A stretch of 64,000 nt of DNA from an uncultured Fibrobacterales bacterium (GCA_963934255.1 CAWVXU010000001.1:1-64000), one strand, 5' to 3'. Shown: positions 1 through 11,104, counted from the first letter of the stretch. The notes: generated from the letters alone by a model not told the origin. Numbers and translations: made by a program.

Positions 1-34
1 CATAGTGCTAAAGAAGTTGTTACAGTCATTTTAG

Positions 35-407
35 AGTCAGCTGAGATCTAATCGAAGAGAACTACATCTAGTGAGTGTCGGGGTTTTCTTGGTAGGGTCT
101 GGAAGTGCTGTTGTCGCAAGTACACTTCTTCATCCGCATACTTCAGGGCTATCTCCTACGGCCTTAGATGTTTTAGAATGGCACGATATTTGGGGCATAT
201 AGCACAACTGTGAGTTCAGTAATTGTTTTCACTCTACTTATTGTAAGTTCACTTATATTTAAAGCCAAGTGGGTGAAGTTCTTACTTATTATTGCTTTAT
301 TTAGTGCAGTGAGTGTATCAATAACGGGCCACTATGGCGTGAACCCAGGCCATATTCATGGCGTTGGAATTGAAGGCATGAATCTTGAAATGGATCATCC
401 TCATTAG
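35..407 (+). pseudogene. Frameshifted membrane protein remnant (His-rich, DUF2231-like), probably continuing from before the window
   Basis: Frame 2 reads ...LHLVSVGVFLVGSGSAVVASTLLHPHTSGLSPTALDVLEWHDIWG*. Removing one G from the GGGG run at 192-195 joins it to the 210..407 ORF (HDIWAYSTTVSSVIVF...GHYG..PGHIHGVG). An upstream TAG lies at 32-34. Confidence 0.45.
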
Positions 408-412
408 ATGGG

Positions 413-1060
413 TTGAATTCTGATATAAAAGAAAGATTTACAAAGATTATGGAAAACAAAAAACCATTTGAAAATAACATTGAGTTTTTTTCAGCGTTAC
501 TTCAAAGATTTCCGAATAAAAATTTTGAAGCACTTCATTTTAAAAGTGGTGAATCTCAAGTCGCCCGCTTTATTGTCTTAGCACAAATTGCCAATCTTGA
601 ACAAGCTTCAGTCTTAGACTATGGCTGTGGACTGGGTGACTTTGGATATTTTTTAGAGAAAATGAATCAGAATAAAAACTATATAGGCGTGGATATATCT
701 GCAGATATGGTTCAAGCAGCCAAGAGTAAATTTCCTGCATTAAGGTTTAAAAATATTACTCATGATAAGATGTTAGATGAAATTGAGAGACCGGATTATT
801 GTATTGCTTCAGGTGTCTTCAATTTACGCCAAGAAGATGAGGAGCTCACATTAGATTATTTGTTAATGAATCTTCGTGTGTTATTTGAGCATTCAATAGT
901 GGGAGTTGCTTTTAACTTTACGACAAATAATAGCGGGGATAATACTTTTGCTATTTTTGATCCGGTACTTATTTTAAATGAAGCTAAAAAACTAAGCCCT
1001 AAAGTAGTCCTGCGAGAAGATTATATGATGGGTGACGCAACGATCTATATTTATAAATAA
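413..1060 (+). CDS. Class I SAM-dependent methyltransferase
   Basis: Motif I VLDYGCGLG, YIGVDIS, DYCIASGVFN. Confidence 0.85.
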   Translation: MNSDIKERFTKIMENKKPFENNIEFFSALLQRFPNKNFEALHFKSGESQVARFIVLAQIANLEQASVLDYGCGLGDFGYFLEKMNQNKNYIGVDISADMVQAAKSKFPALRFKNITHDKMLDEIERPDYCIASGVFNLRQEDEELTLDYLLMNLRVLFEHSIVGVAFNFTTNNSGDNTFAIFDPVLILNEAKKLSPKVVLREDYMMGDATIYIYK

Positions 1061-1095
1061 TTGAACTAGAACTTATCACTCTAAAAATTATTAAT

Positions 1096-1791
1096 CTAGA
1101 AGTATAAATAAAGTGTGGTCTCAAGGTCTAATGACCAGCTCATCACAAGGCCCGACACTTGAAAACGAGTATCAACTGCTAGGATATTATCTATAGATAA
1201 TCCTCGGACTAAAACTCTATTTTCCCAGCCAAATCGTTTGTTACTCATGTGCACGCCAGCTCCTGTGTGAAAGCCTTTACCCCAAAAATGTGCGTTTGAT
1301 TTCTTGCCAGAAAATAGAGCAGTTTGTGCTGTTTGAAAACGGTGAAAGTCTAATCCGAGAATCATGGAGGGCTTGATGTTTTGAGGAAATACAAACATGT
1401 ATTGGTATTCAACATTAAATTCGTGGAAATCATCTAATATTGGCGCAAAACCATATTCAAATGCAACGATGTGGTTTCTAATTCTTGAACCAACACCTAT
1501 TTTCACTGAACTCGAATGTGAGATTTGTGGGAGTTGGACTTGACCCACAATGGCATCTGATAGTTCATCCCCCGGCTGTGAATCTTGGTTATCATCCGAG
1601 TTAATGCTAATTTTGTTACTAGAGGCATACTCTCCAAAAAACTTTTTAAATCCTATGCCAGTTTTGATGAAATACTGTTGATCTATGCCTAAGGCTTTAG
1701 GGGAGGCTAGAGGTTGAGAGTACCCTGAAGAAATAAAGAAGACGCAACTTACAAGTAAGAAGAGGTTGATTTTAAATTTTGATAAAAGCAC
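1096..1791 (-). CDS. Hypothetical secreted protein, probable outer-membrane beta-barrel
   Basis: N-terminal signal peptide, alternating aromatic/Gly strands, C-terminal YLYF. Confidence 0.6.
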   Translation of the reverse strand: MLLSKFKINLFLLVSCVFFISSGYSQPLASPKALGIDQQYFIKTGIGFKKFFGEYASSNKISINSDDNQDSQPGDELSDAIVGQVQLPQISHSSSVKIGVGSRIRNHIVAFEYGFAPILDDFHEFNVEYQYMFVFPQNIKPSMILGLDFHRFQTAQTALFSGKKSNAHFWGKGFHTGAGVHMSNKRFGWENRVLVRGLSIDNILAVDTRFQVSGLVMSWSLDLETTLYLYF

Positions 1792-1868
1792 AATGCCCCC
1801 TTAGCCTCTAAAACAGACGCTTCAGCCTTTAATTTAGAAATTCTATCCCTACTAGAACACGAGTACAT

Positions 1869-2849
1869 GTGATTATTTCTACTTTCAGTTTTATGATGAT
1901 TATGCGTATAAAATATTGGTTTTGCATTTGGGTCGTTGTATTGACTGCAAATACTTGGTCAGATTCAAATCCTCCAAATACTTTACCTCAAGCTGCTGAC
2001 TACGGACTTTCAGAGACCAATTCATTGGGTCGAGCTATCACTTATTATCAATTAATCGATACCATTAAAGTCAATGAGTCATGTGATTGTTCAAAGAGTC
2101 CAGGCTTTAAGAACACTCAACCTGAAGGTTATTTCTATGGACAAAGCCTTGTTGTGGAGGATAGTTTAAAAGAAATGGTGATTAACCTCAAGGACACCCT
2201 CAAGGTTAAACAGCGGTGCCAATGTCCTGTGATCGAAGGAAACCAAGACTCTCGATTTAATAGAAATAGTCCAAATAATAAGTCAAATCAAAAACATTTA
2301 GAGAGTGGTGCAAGTCAGTCGTGGAATCATGTCGTGACCACAGGGGCTTTCGCTGAGGATTTTGGAAAAACGACGATCCATTATACGGCGATTTATAATT
2401 ACCAACACGCACTAAGAGTAGGTTCTGGTATTGGATCAAAATATGGTTCTGGATATGGTTTGGATTTTCAGTATAGTTATATGTTGAGCCCTTTTTACGA
2501 AGACCCGAGCGTCTTTGGTGTGAGACTAGGGTACCGCCAAGCGTCTGGAGAGACAGAAATTGGTGAGGAAGGTGATGCAGAGATAAAGAGCACATTGAGT
2601 AAAATCGATGTATGGGACCAAGCTCTGACTTTAGGTGTAAGTTATGGCCATTGGTATCAATGGGAGAGTGGTTTTACAATTCAGTGGCAAATTGGTGTAG
2701 CACATCCGTTGAGTGCAGAGACGCATTGGATCAATTCAAATTTTGCCAAGCAGTCCTTCTTTAAAGAAGAGACTGAAAGTCTCGAAAACTTTATCACTGT
2801 TTTAAATGTTTTGAGTGGAACAGGCCTGTCATTGGGTTGGACTTTTTAA
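1869..2849 (+). CDS. Hypothetical secreted protein with Cys-containing N-terminal region and beta-barrel-like C-terminal half (start may be the ATG near 1903)
   Basis: Signal-like N-terminus, CxC motifs, C-terminal GLSLGWTF. Confidence 0.55.
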   Translation: MIISTFSFMMIMRIKYWFCIWVVVLTANTWSDSNPPNTLPQAADYGLSETNSLGRAITYYQLIDTIKVNESCDCSKSPGFKNTQPEGYFYGQSLVVEDSLKEMVINLKDTLKVKQRCQCPVIEGNQDSRFNRNSPNNKSNQKHLESGASQSWNHVVTTGAFAEDFGKTTIHYTAIYNYQHALRVGSGIGSKYGSGYGLDFQYSYMLSPFYEDPSVFGVRLGYRQASGETEIGEEGDAEIKSTLSKIDVWDQALTLGVSYGHWYQWESGFTIQWQIGVAHPLSAETHWINSNFAKQSFFKEETESLENFITVLNVLSGTGLSLGWTF

Positions 2850-2991
2850 ATAGGGTCTTCTCTATGTAGGTTCATGTAGTATGGTTTTTGTTCTGGACTC
2901 ACCTTTTCAATGAATATCTAAGAGTCGTTTGAGGCATAATTTTTGCATAGCGAAAAATTTAAACACTGTGTTTACTGACCAAAAAACCAGC

Positions 2992-3834
2992 TTATTTAGC
3001 TGGCCTTGGTGGTTGGTCAATATTTAATTGAATCCCTGTAGATGATACATTGGGTAGCTCACTAGGACCAGGATTGGGGCCTGGACGACGAGCAGGCGCG
3101 ACACCTGGTGTCGGTCGTCTTACTTGTGGTGCAGCACTCGCGGAGGAATTCATCGGCGCAACTTGTTGAGCTGCGGCTGGGGCTCTTACTTGAGGCTGAG
3201 CGGGCGCATGTAAAGTTTGAGCTTGTTGAGCCGGTTGGCTGCTAGCTTCGCCTTCAATACCTGGTCCATTGGCGTGTATATCTCGGACTGCTTGTCTCTT
3301 GAGACGGCCTTGTGAATCGGCTTGACGGGTATTTTCAACTTCATTTGTTTTGAGCTCAGCATCATAGGCATCGTGTTCAATGTAATCTTTTTCCATAGCT
3401 TCAAGTAGTTCTTCTTGTGTGCGAAGAGCATTGCGAATTCGTGAGAAAAAGGCTGTTTTTTGAGCGCGAAGCCCTACTATCTCAGTTCTGAGATTTTCAG
3501 ACTCACGACGGATTGCTTCAGTTTCTTTATAGGCGTTATTTTTTGCTTCGGCTATGATAAACTCAGCTTCTTTTTGGGCTTGAACTTTCTTTTCTTCTAA
3601 GATTTTTTGTAAAGTAAGAGCCGTCTCTTGAAGTGTACCTTCCAAAGATCTGTAATGTGTGATTTGCTCTTTGGCGATGATTAATTTATCACTAGCGTCT
3701 TGAGATTCACGTAAACGAGATTCATACTCTGAGGCCAGATGGCTCAAAAAGGCTTGTACTTCTTCAGGGTCAAGTCCACCGAAAGTTTTACGGCGAAACT
3801 CTTGATTGCGAATATCTAAAGGGGTCATTTCCAT
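2992..3834 (-). CDS. divIVA: DivIVA domain protein with Pro/Ala/Gln-rich C-terminal tail
   Basis: N-terminal MTPLDIRNQEFRRKTFGGLDPEEVQAFL, coiled coil, downstream of yggS-yggT. Confidence 0.85.
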   Translation of the reverse strand: MEMTPLDIRNQEFRRKTFGGLDPEEVQAFLSHLASEYESRLRESQDASDKLIIAKEQITHYRSLEGTLQETALTLQKILEEKKVQAQKEAEFIIAEAKNNAYKETEAIRRESENLRTEIVGLRAQKTAFFSRIRNALRTQEELLEAMEKDYIEHDAYDAELKTNEVENTRQADSQGRLKRQAVRDIHANGPGIEGEASSQPAQQAQTLHAPAQPQVRAPAAAQQVAPMNSSASAAPQVRRPTPGVAPARRPGPNPGPSELPNVSSTGIQLNIDQPPRPAK

Positions 3835-3843
3835 GTGAAATCC

Positions 3844-4095
3844 TTACAAAAATAAATAGGCTAAAAATTTGGCAGAGCTCATCACTGCAATAATACCTAT
3901 AATCGGACTAAAATCAAAACCACCTTGCTCTGTAGGTAATATTTTGCGAATAGCGTCAAGTAAAGGCTTGGTGAAATCACGACTTCTACGAACCATCGGG
4001 TGATCAGCAAAGGCAGGGAAAAAGCTACTAAGAGATTGTATAGCTATTAATAGACAATACAGCTTAGCGGCTGTCAGTAAAATCCATGTAATCAT
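3844..4095 (-). CDS. yggT: YggT family membrane protein
   Basis: TKPLLDAIRKILP..GGFDFSPIIG motif; ATGA overlap with yggS stop. Confidence 0.85.
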   Translation of the reverse strand: MITWILLTAAKLYCLLIAIQSLSSFFPAFADHPMVRRSRDFTKPLLDAIRKILPTEQGGFDFSPIIGIIAVMSSAKFLAYLFL

Positions 4096-4823
4096 TGGCT
4101 TTCTCCATAATTTCTTTGGCCAAAAAGTGCTGTACCGACTCGAATCATCGTGGCACCTTCATCAATTGCTACCTCTAAATCAGCAGTCATCCCCATGGAA
4201 AGCTGCTTAAAATGAGTGAATCGCTCGTCTTTGTTGACAAATTGATCTCGCCAGGTGCGAAGTAAAGTAAATCCAGCTCGGGAGTCTTCGGGGACTCCGC
4301 TATTGACACCAATAGTCATTAGACCAGAATATAGCAAATTGTGGGTCTTTGGAAGTGAGTCTAAAAAATCAACGATATCACTCGGTAGAAATCCTGATTT
4401 GGATTTTTCACCACTGGTATTGACTTGAAATAGGATTTTTACTTGACGGTTTTCCTCTTGGGCAATTCGCTCGAGTTGGAATAATTGCTTGGCACTCGAA
4501 ACTGTGTGAATCCAATCACCCAAAACAATGGCTTTACGAAGTTTATTACTCTGAATAGGGCCGATAATGTGAAGTTGACGATCGGGGTGAGGCTCAGAAA
4601 ACTTTTGAACGCACTCTTGGATCTTGTTTTCACCAAAATCCACTCTGGTCAGGCCAGAATCAAGACCGACCTCAGTGGCCGCTTCTACAGCCTCTATAGA
4701 GTTGGTCTTAGAAACCCAAATAATCAGTACATCTTGTAAATCTCGATTGGCTGACTCGCAGGCTAGCTGAAGTCTGGCGCGTAAGGCGGTATAATTTGCT
4801 AAGAGGTTGGTTTTCCAGTTCAT
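4092..4823 (-). CDS. yggS: YggS family PLP-binding protein
   Basis: VSKT, FGENKIQE, HIIGPIQSNK, LSMGMTAD, GATMIRVGTALFG. Confidence 0.93.
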   Translation of the reverse strand: MNWKTNLLANYTALRARLQLACESANRDLQDVLIIWVSKTNSIEAVEAATEVGLDSGLTRVDFGENKIQECVQKFSEPHPDRQLHIIGPIQSNKLRKAIVLGDWIHTVSSAKQLFQLERIAQEENRQVKILFQVNTSGEKSKSGFLPSDIVDFLDSLPKTHNLLYSGLMTIGVNSGVPEDSRAGFTLLRTWRDQFVNKDERFTHFKQLSMGMTADLEVAIDEGATMIRVGTALFGQRNYGESQ

Positions 4824-4966
4824 GCTAATAATCTAGAAATATTTGAGTGAGGGTTTTGTCTTTTAATAAGCAAAATTTCCTTCACCTCTGATCAAAGTAT
4901 ATCCTGAGTTGGAATTTCATCTCGCTTACCTGTTTGTGTTTTAACCTGATAGACTCAAGCTGATAA

Positions 4967-7405
4967 TTAGGACTTCGTTTTGACCTTCGACCTTGTCTTC
5001 GGTTTCTCAACTTTAACAGTTTTCGAAACAGTAGGTTTTTTCCTACGTACTACTTTCTTGAATAAAATTTTCAAGATGTCATCTATATGAGTAATCTTCT
5101 TAATCTTCAAACCCTTTTTGACGGGAGCTGGAAGCTGAGGAATTTCTTTGGCGTTTTCTTCAGGGATAAATACTTGAGTTACACCGGCATCAAGAGCAGC
5201 GAGGGTTTTCTCTGGAAGGCCACCGATAGCATGGACCTGACCTGAGAGACTGACTTCACCTGTACAAGCAAAGTCACGCGGAATTATTTGTTTGGTAATA
5301 GCTGACAAAATCACTAGTACTAAGCCAACACCCGCACTGGGTCCATCTTTGGGTATAGAACCCTCTGGGAAGTGAATGTGAAAATCGGTTTTGCGAAGTA
5401 TCTCAGGGTCTATACCATAGTCGCTTGAACGCTCTCGAACTAGAGTCATGGCAATCTCAGCTGACTCCTTCATCACATCGCCTAGAGAGCCAGTGAGCTT
5501 CATACGACCTCGACCAGAAAGCGGTGTACATTCAATACTCAATACATCACCACCTACAGGCGTCCAAGCAAGACCACAAACTAAACCAGGCATATCACGA
5601 GTCGCTAGACGAGGCTTACTAAAGGGAGCCGGCCCAAGCCAGGTCGATAGAAGTTCAATACTAGGGGACTTTCCAGCAAGGAGTGCTTTTTTCTTAGAGG
5701 CTGTTTTGCTATCGCCATCTTTAAGGATTTGAAGAGTGCGTTTTCGTGCGACTTGGTCGATAGTTCTTTCAAGCCCACGAACACCGGCTTCACGAGTGTA
5801 ATTACGAATCAAAAATTCCATAGATTCATTTGAAAGCTCAAACTCCTCACCCATTTTAAGACCGTTTTTTTCACACACGCGTTTCAACAAATGTTGGTGA
5901 GCAATTTTTTCTTTTTCGTGATAATGATATCCTGTGAGGCGAACAACTTCCATACGATCGCGAAGGACAGACGGGATGTTTTCACCAACATTGGCGGTAG
6001 TGACAAAAAGTACTCGACTCAAATCAATCCCTAGTTCAAGATAATGATCAGAAAATTCTTGGTTTTGTTCTGGGTCAAGAACTTCTAATAAGGCTGAACT
6101 TGGGTCACCCCTAAAGTCATTGGACATTTTATCAATCTCATCAAGTAAGATGAGTGGGTTCATCGCCCCAGCCTTTTTGAGGGACTGGATGATACGACCT
6201 GGCATCGCTCCGATGTAGGTACGACGATGGCCTCTAATCTCGGCTTCATCGCGAACTCCACCGAGTGCAACTCGAACATATGGGCGACCTAATGCTTCGG
6301 CCACACTTCGCGCTAGTGTGGTTTTACCCACACCTGGTGGTCCGATTAAACAAAGCACTGGCGCTTGCTCCCGCGGAGCTCGTGAAAGAACAGCAACGTG
6401 CTCAAGTATTCGTTCCTTAACAGTATCAAGACCATAGTGTTTTGAATTGAGAGCTTTGGTGACTTGATTTAGTTTGAGATTGTCCTGGGTATAAACCCCA
6501 AAAGGTATTCCTTGAATCGTCTCGAGAAAATTGCGAATGACAGTATATTCAGGAGAGCCTGGTTGCATCATTAAAAGTCGCTCAAGTTCTTCGTCTACCT
6601 TTTCTTGGACTTCTTTAGGGAGGTCTTTGGCCATCAGTGCTTCATGCAATTTTTTGAGATCTGGAGGGTAAGCTCCGTCATCACTTTCAAGTTCTGCACT
6701 GAGAGATCTGATCTGTTCATTGATCATAAAATCTTTTTGGTTCTTTTGAATACGGTGGCGTACATCTTGTTCGAGTGAACGTGTCAGTTTCACCACATCT
6801 AGCGCAGTTGACATGAGCTCCATCAGAACTTGTGCTTGAGCTTCTAATGTTTCGGCGCCGAGCATAGCTTGTTTAGCTTCGAGGGGCCCGTCTACAAATG
6901 ATGCCATTGAGAAGATGTATTCTTCTAAGTCACGTCTAGGGTCAAGTATTTGGTCAACTTCAACTGGCAGGTCGGGGCGAGTGGAGCGATATTGACCAAA
7001 GAGAGACACGAGCTCATCTTTGATACGGTTCTCATCATGAACACTAGGCTCTTTAATCTTGCGAAGCCTATACTTGCCTTGGATGATGTTTTCTTGCTCT
7101 TCATTAAACTCGATGATATCAACTATCGCAATCGTTTCAACTAAGATCTTTTGCATGCCACCAGGTAGTTTGGATAAGCTTGATATTTTGGCAATGACAC
7201 CGGTACGATAAAGATCAGTTGACTCAACTTCTTCTTGGTCAGGGTCTTTTTGCAGTACTAACAAGAGATTGTCGCCCGCATTTTTACTGGCAAATTGAAT
7301 CGTATCAATTGAAGAAGGACGACCAAGTAAAAGTGGAGATAAGGCATGTGGAAATACCACCATATCTCGAAGAGGTAGGATGGGGAGTAAATTTAATTTT
7401 GTCAT
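4967..7405 (-). CDS. lon: Lon protease
   Basis: N-domain LPLRDMVVFP, Walker A GPPGVGKT, catalytic PKDGPSAG. Confidence 0.96.
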   Translation of the reverse strand: MTKLNLLPILPLRDMVVFPHALSPLLLGRPSSIDTIQFASKNAGDNLLLVLQKDPDQEEVESTDLYRTGVIAKISSLSKLPGGMQKILVETIAIVDIIEFNEEQENIIQGKYRLRKIKEPSVHDENRIKDELVSLFGQYRSTRPDLPVEVDQILDPRRDLEEYIFSMASFVDGPLEAKQAMLGAETLEAQAQVLMELMSTALDVVKLTRSLEQDVRHRIQKNQKDFMINEQIRSLSAELESDDGAYPPDLKKLHEALMAKDLPKEVQEKVDEELERLLMMQPGSPEYTVIRNFLETIQGIPFGVYTQDNLKLNQVTKALNSKHYGLDTVKERILEHVAVLSRAPREQAPVLCLIGPPGVGKTTLARSVAEALGRPYVRVALGGVRDEAEIRGHRRTYIGAMPGRIIQSLKKAGAMNPLILLDEIDKMSNDFRGDPSSALLEVLDPEQNQEFSDHYLELGIDLSRVLFVTTANVGENIPSVLRDRMEVVRLTGYHYHEKEKIAHQHLLKRVCEKNGLKMGEEFELSNESMEFLIRNYTREAGVRGLERTIDQVARKRTLQILKDGDSKTASKKKALLAGKSPSIELLSTWLGPAPFSKPRLATRDMPGLVCGLAWTPVGGDVLSIECTPLSGRGRMKLTGSLGDVMKESAEIAMTLVRERSSDYGIDPEILRKTDFHIHFPEGSIPKDGPSAGVGLVLVILSAITKQIIPRDFACTGEVSLSGQVHAIGGLPEKTLAALDAGVTQVFIPEENAKEIPQLPAPVKKGLKIKKITHIDDILKILFKKVVRRKKPTVSKTVKVEKPKTRSKVKTKS

Positions 7406-7486
7406 TTTTATAATTCTTTAGAATTTCGAGGTGCGTTCAAATGATGAAATGAACAGGCGAACGCGATTCGAGTGGTATTAATTTTA

Positions 7487-8833
7487 TTAAGATACTTTTT
7501 GTTTAGAGGACTCAAGGATATAAGTCGGCTCGGCACCATTGTTAATTACGTCTGCGGTGATGACAACTTCTTTGACACCAGTCATTGAAGGCGCTTCATA
7601 CATTATTGACATAAGTGCATTTTCAATAATCGAGCGAAGCCCACGAGCACCGGTCTTGCGTTCGATTGCATGCTCAACGATAGAGTCAAGTGCGTCGTCC
7701 TCAAAGGTCAATAAAAGATCATCCATTTTGAATAATTTCTTGTATTGCTTAAGAAGTGCATTTTTAGGTTTTTGTAAAATAGCCAAAAGTGCTTCGCCAT
7801 CAAGTTCTTCTAAACCAACAGTTAATGGAAGTCTTCCGACAAGCTCGGGGATCAGACCAAATTCAATCAAATCATCAGGCTCTACATAGGCTAACATTTG
7901 AGTGGTGTCGTGATCAGACTTTTTAGTCACCTCAGCACCAAACCCCATGCCACCTTTGTTGAGGCGTCGAGCGATAATTTTGTCGATGCCTTCAAAAGCA
8001 CCACCACAAACAAATAGAATGTTTTTGGTGTTGATTTGTATGAGATTTTGTTCAGGATGTTTGCGTCCGCCCTTAGGTGGAATGGCCGCTACAGTGCCTT
8101 CTAAAAGTTTAAGAAGCCCTTGTTGAACACCTTCGCCAGAAACATCACGAGTGATCGAGGCGTTAGCACTCTTACGTGCAATCTTATCGACTTCATCTAC
8201 GAAGATGATGCCTTGTTCAGCACGAGCTACATCGTAGTCTGCTGATTGAAATAATCTAACGATGATGTTGTCTACGTCTTCACCAACATAACCTGCTTCA
8301 GTAAGAACTGTAGCATCGGCGATAGTAAAAGGAACATCAAGATATTTGGCTAAAGTTTGAGCCAAAAGAGTCTTACCGGATCCAGTAGGACCAACAAATA
8401 GGATGTTTGATTTTTCAATCTCCACACCATCTGCAGTGACTGGAGCGCGAAGTCTTTTGTAGTGATTATAAACTGCAACAGAAAGAGCTCGTTTGGCTTT
8501 TTCTTGACCGATAACAAATGTATCAAGGTGACCTGAAATTTCAGAGGGAGCTGGAAGTGTTGAAACACCCTGTGAATCACTAGTATTAGCTGATGCGGCT
8601 TCAGTCTTTGCAGCCGTTGATCCATTGACTCCATTACCACCTTTTGAGCCGGAGGCGTTGACGCCTGCTTGATCAACAGGCTTGGCTTGAGTAAGTATGG
8701 TATTACACATGTCAACACACTCGTTGCATATGTGGACGCCAGGCCCAGTCACTACTTTAGAAACTTGTTCTGCAGCTTTGCCACAAAATGAGCAGCGAAT
8801 TTGACTGCCCTTACCTGATGTCCCTGTTGCCAT
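7487..8833 (-). CDS. clpX: ATP-dependent Clp protease ATP-binding subunit ClpX
   Basis: Zn finger CSFCGK...[28 protein letters not shown] loop. Confidence 0.97.
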   Translation of the reverse strand: MATGTSGKGSQIRCSFCGKAAEQVSKVVTGPGVHICNECVDMCNTILTQAKPVDQAGVNASGSKGGNGVNGSTAAKTEAASANTSDSQGVSTLPAPSEISGHLDTFVIGQEKAKRALSVAVYNHYKRLRAPVTADGVEIEKSNILFVGPTGSGKTLLAQTLAKYLDVPFTIADATVLTEAGYVGEDVDNIIVRLFQSADYDVARAEQGIIFVDEVDKIARKSANASITRDVSGEGVQQGLLKLLEGTVAAIPPKGGRKHPEQNLIQINTKNILFVCGGAFEGIDKIIARRLNKGGMGFGAEVTKKSDHDTTQMLAYVEPDDLIEFGLIPELVGRLPLTVGLEELDGEALLAILQKPKNALLKQYKKLFKMDDLLLTFEDDALDSIVEHAIERKTGARGLRSIIENALMSIMYEAPSMTGVKEVVITADVINNGAEPTYILESSKQKVS

Positions 8834-9420
8834 TAGTCTTCACTCTTTGGGTATAAAATTTCGTCTATAGCGCCAAATTCGAGAGCTTCTTCTGGGCTCA
8901 TGAAAAAGTCACGCTGAGTTTTCGCTAAAATATCAGATTCGTCGCGTTTGCAATGCTTAGCGAGGATACCATTTAATTTAGCACGAGTTTTGATGATCTC
9001 TTGAGCATGAATCTGAATGTCAGAAGACTGACCACCTGCACCACCAGAAGGTTGATGCATCATGATACGAGAATTAGGAAGTGCAAAGCGTTTGCCTTCA
9101 GCCCCTGCAGTCAATAGAACAGAGCCCATTGAGATAGCTGAGCCTACACAAATAGTTGCTACATCAGGTTTGATGTGTTGCATAGTATCATAGATCGCAA
9201 GACCAGCCGATACATACCCACCAGGTGAGTTAATATATAGCGTGATGTCTTTTTCAGGGTCTTCATACTCAAGCAAAATAAGTTGAGCCATAATAACATT
9301 GGCGACATTGTCGTCAATGGCTGTGCCTAAAAAGATAATACGCTCTTTTAGAAGGCGAGAGTAGATATCATAGGCACGTTCTCCGCGCCCTGTACTTTCG
9401 ATAACCGTTGGAATGATCAT
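8833..9420 (-). CDS. clpP: Clp protease proteolytic subunit
   Basis: [30 protein letters not shown]. Confidence 0.97.
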   Translation of the reverse strand: MIIPTVIESTGRGERAYDIYSRLLKERIIFLGTAIDDNVANVIMAQLILLEYEDPEKDITLYINSPGGYVSAGLAIYDTMQHIKPDVATICVGSAISMGSVLLTAGAEGKRFALPNSRIMMHQPSGGAGGQSSDIQIHAQEIIKTRAKLNGILAKHCKRDESDILAKTQRDFFMSPEEALEFGAIDEILYPKSED

Positions 9421-9570
9421 GCTATTCTCCAGAATAATGCAATTTGCAACATTGTTGCTTTAAGCTTTTAAAATTGAGAGCCCTTACGTTGAATTTGACA
9501 TCAAAGAGGAATCCTCAAACAATGTACAAATTCAAGTAATAAGAGCTTGAATTAGCTTAAAATATAAGTT

Positions 9571-10815
9571 TTAAGCTTCTACTGCTTCAGTTTCGCGAAT
9601 TCCCACCAAAAAGTCAAGAGTTTTCTCTTTTTTAAGTTCTTCACGAATACCAACGATACGACCGCTTGAACGAAGTTGAGATTTAAGCTCATTGAATTCC
9701 ATACCGTACATGGCAGCAATTTCTTGAATTCTTGCGTCTACTTCAGCTTGTTTGACCTTGATTTTCTCTGTTTTAGAGATCTCTTCAAGAATTCTGTATT
9801 TTTTGATTTCAGAAATAGCTTGGTCACGAAGTCCACTTACTTCTTCTTCTGAAGTAGTTTCGCCTTCTTTTTTTTGAAGAGTTTGCTCTGCGTAGTATTT
9901 AACACGAGCTTCTGGTACTTCAAATCCATTGCGTTCAATAAGAATTTCCATCACAGCATCGTGTGCTTTTGTTTTGGATTGATTCATTTTGTATTTAGAA
10001 ATGTTTTCTTTAAGAGATGCTTTGAACTCGTCAAAAGACTCGGCGCCAAGTTTTTTAGCAAACTCGTCATCAAGTGCTGGAAGCTCAAGAGATTTGATTG
10101 ACTCAACTTGGATCGTGTAGATTGCATCTTTGCCATCTAGCTCAGCTTGACCGTAGTCATCAGGGAAGCTAAAAGAAATTTCTTTCGTTTCGCCGGCTGT
10201 GATGCCTTCAAGATGTTCGTCAAATCCCGGAGTACGTGAAGCGCCGATTTCGATACGAAATGCAGGGTTTTCAGGAACAGGACGTTCTTCACCTTCGATG
10301 ATAAGTTTGAGGTACTGACCTTCAAGTACGTGACCTGATGCAGATGCTCCTTCAACTACAGTCTCTTCAGCAAATTGCTTTTGAGCCGCTTCAATTTCAG
10401 TTTCAATCTCAGAATCTTCAACAGTCACAGCTTCAGGAACAACATTTAAGTTGTCGTAGTCTTTGATTTCGATCTCTGGATCTACTTCAACTAGAACTGT
10501 AAATTTGATGTCGTTTTCTTTGTCATCTTCGAATTTTTCAATAGTACCTTGAGCGATAGGCTCAATTTTGGCTTTTTCAAGTTCAGATTTGATTGCAATA
10601 TCAATCGCCTCTTCAACAGCTTCTTGACGGATAGCGGCACCAAAACGGGCAACGATCATTTTACGTGGTACTTTACCCTTACGGAAACCTTTGATTTCGA
10701 TTTCTTTAGAATATTTAGCGATCTTTGAGTCAAAGGGACCCTTGATGGCTGATTGTGGCATTTCGATGTCAAGAGTACGTTGTGTGCTCGTTGGCTCTGC
10801 GATAGTTGATTTCAA
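9571..10815 (-). CDS. tig: Trigger factor (start corrected to TTG at 10815)
   Basis: GFRKGKVP ribosome-binding motif and FKBP-like middle domain. A GAGG RBS lies upstream of the TTG; the longer ORF start runs into the tRNA. Confidence 0.92.
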   Translation of the reverse strand: MKSTIAEPTSTQRTLDIEMPQSAIKGPFDSKIAKYSKEIEIKGFRKGKVPRKMIVARFGAAIRQEAVEEAIDIAIKSELEKAKIEPIAQGTIEKFEDDKENDIKFTVLVEVDPEIEIKDYDNLNVVPEAVTVEDSEIETEIEAAQKQFAEETVVEGASASGHVLEGQYLKLIIEGEERPVPENPAFRIEIGASRTPGFDEHLEGITAGETKEISFSFPDDYGQAELDGKDAIYTIQVESIKSLELPALDDEFAKKLGAESFDEFKASLKENISKYKMNQSKTKAHDAVMEILIERNGFEVPEARVKYYAEQTLQKKEGETTSEEEVSGLRDQAISEIKKYRILEEISKTEKIKVKQAEVDARIQEIAAMYGMEFNELKSQLRSSGRIVGIREELKKEKTLDFLVGIRETEAVEA

Positions 10816-10845
10816 GATAAACCTCGTATTCGGCTGTGATAAAGT

Positions 10846-10878
10846 AAAGGCCTTAGAGCTGAGAGCGCTAAGGCCTTT
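10846..10878 (-). terminator. Hairpin after tRNA-Leu (terminator or processing stem)
   Basis: 11-bp inverted repeat AAAGGCCTTAG/CTAAGGCCTTT. Confidence 0.6.
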
Positions 10879-10884
10879 TATGAG

Positions 10885-10966
10885 TGCGGGTAGAGGGAGT
10901 CGAACCCCCACACCTTGCGGCACCAGATCCTAAGTCTGGCGTGTCTACCAATTCCACCATACCCGC
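10885..10966 (-). tRNA. tRNA-Leu (anticodon TAG), CCA not encoded
   Basis: Reverse complement GCGGGTATGGTGGAATTGGTAGACACGCCAGACTTAGGATCTGGTGCCGCAAGGTGTGGGGGTTCGACTCCCTCTACCCGCA shows acceptor stem, D-loop, CTTAGGA anticodon loop, long variable arm and TTCGA T-loop. Confidence 0.97.
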
Positions 10967-11104
10967 GGTAGTGGCACAAATATAATAAATCAATTTTGAA
11001 AAAAGAAGTGGTTTTAGTGAAAAAGCGTGACTTTAGTTAAGAAGTTTTCTTTTGAGGTAGAAATTGACTCTCATTTGCTGAAATTAAAATTATTTCATTT
11101 TATA

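Noticed and set aside
2932..2947. Sigma54-like GG-N10-GC sequence AGGCATAATTTTTGCA
   Set aside because: It lies between convergent genes and points antisense into divIVA with no downstream gene; the -24 element is imperfect.
10816..10933. N-terminal extension of the tig ORF and the 10691..10933 plus-strand ORF
   Set aside because: They overlap tRNA-Leu and its downstream hairpin; tig has an RBS-preceded TTG at 10815.
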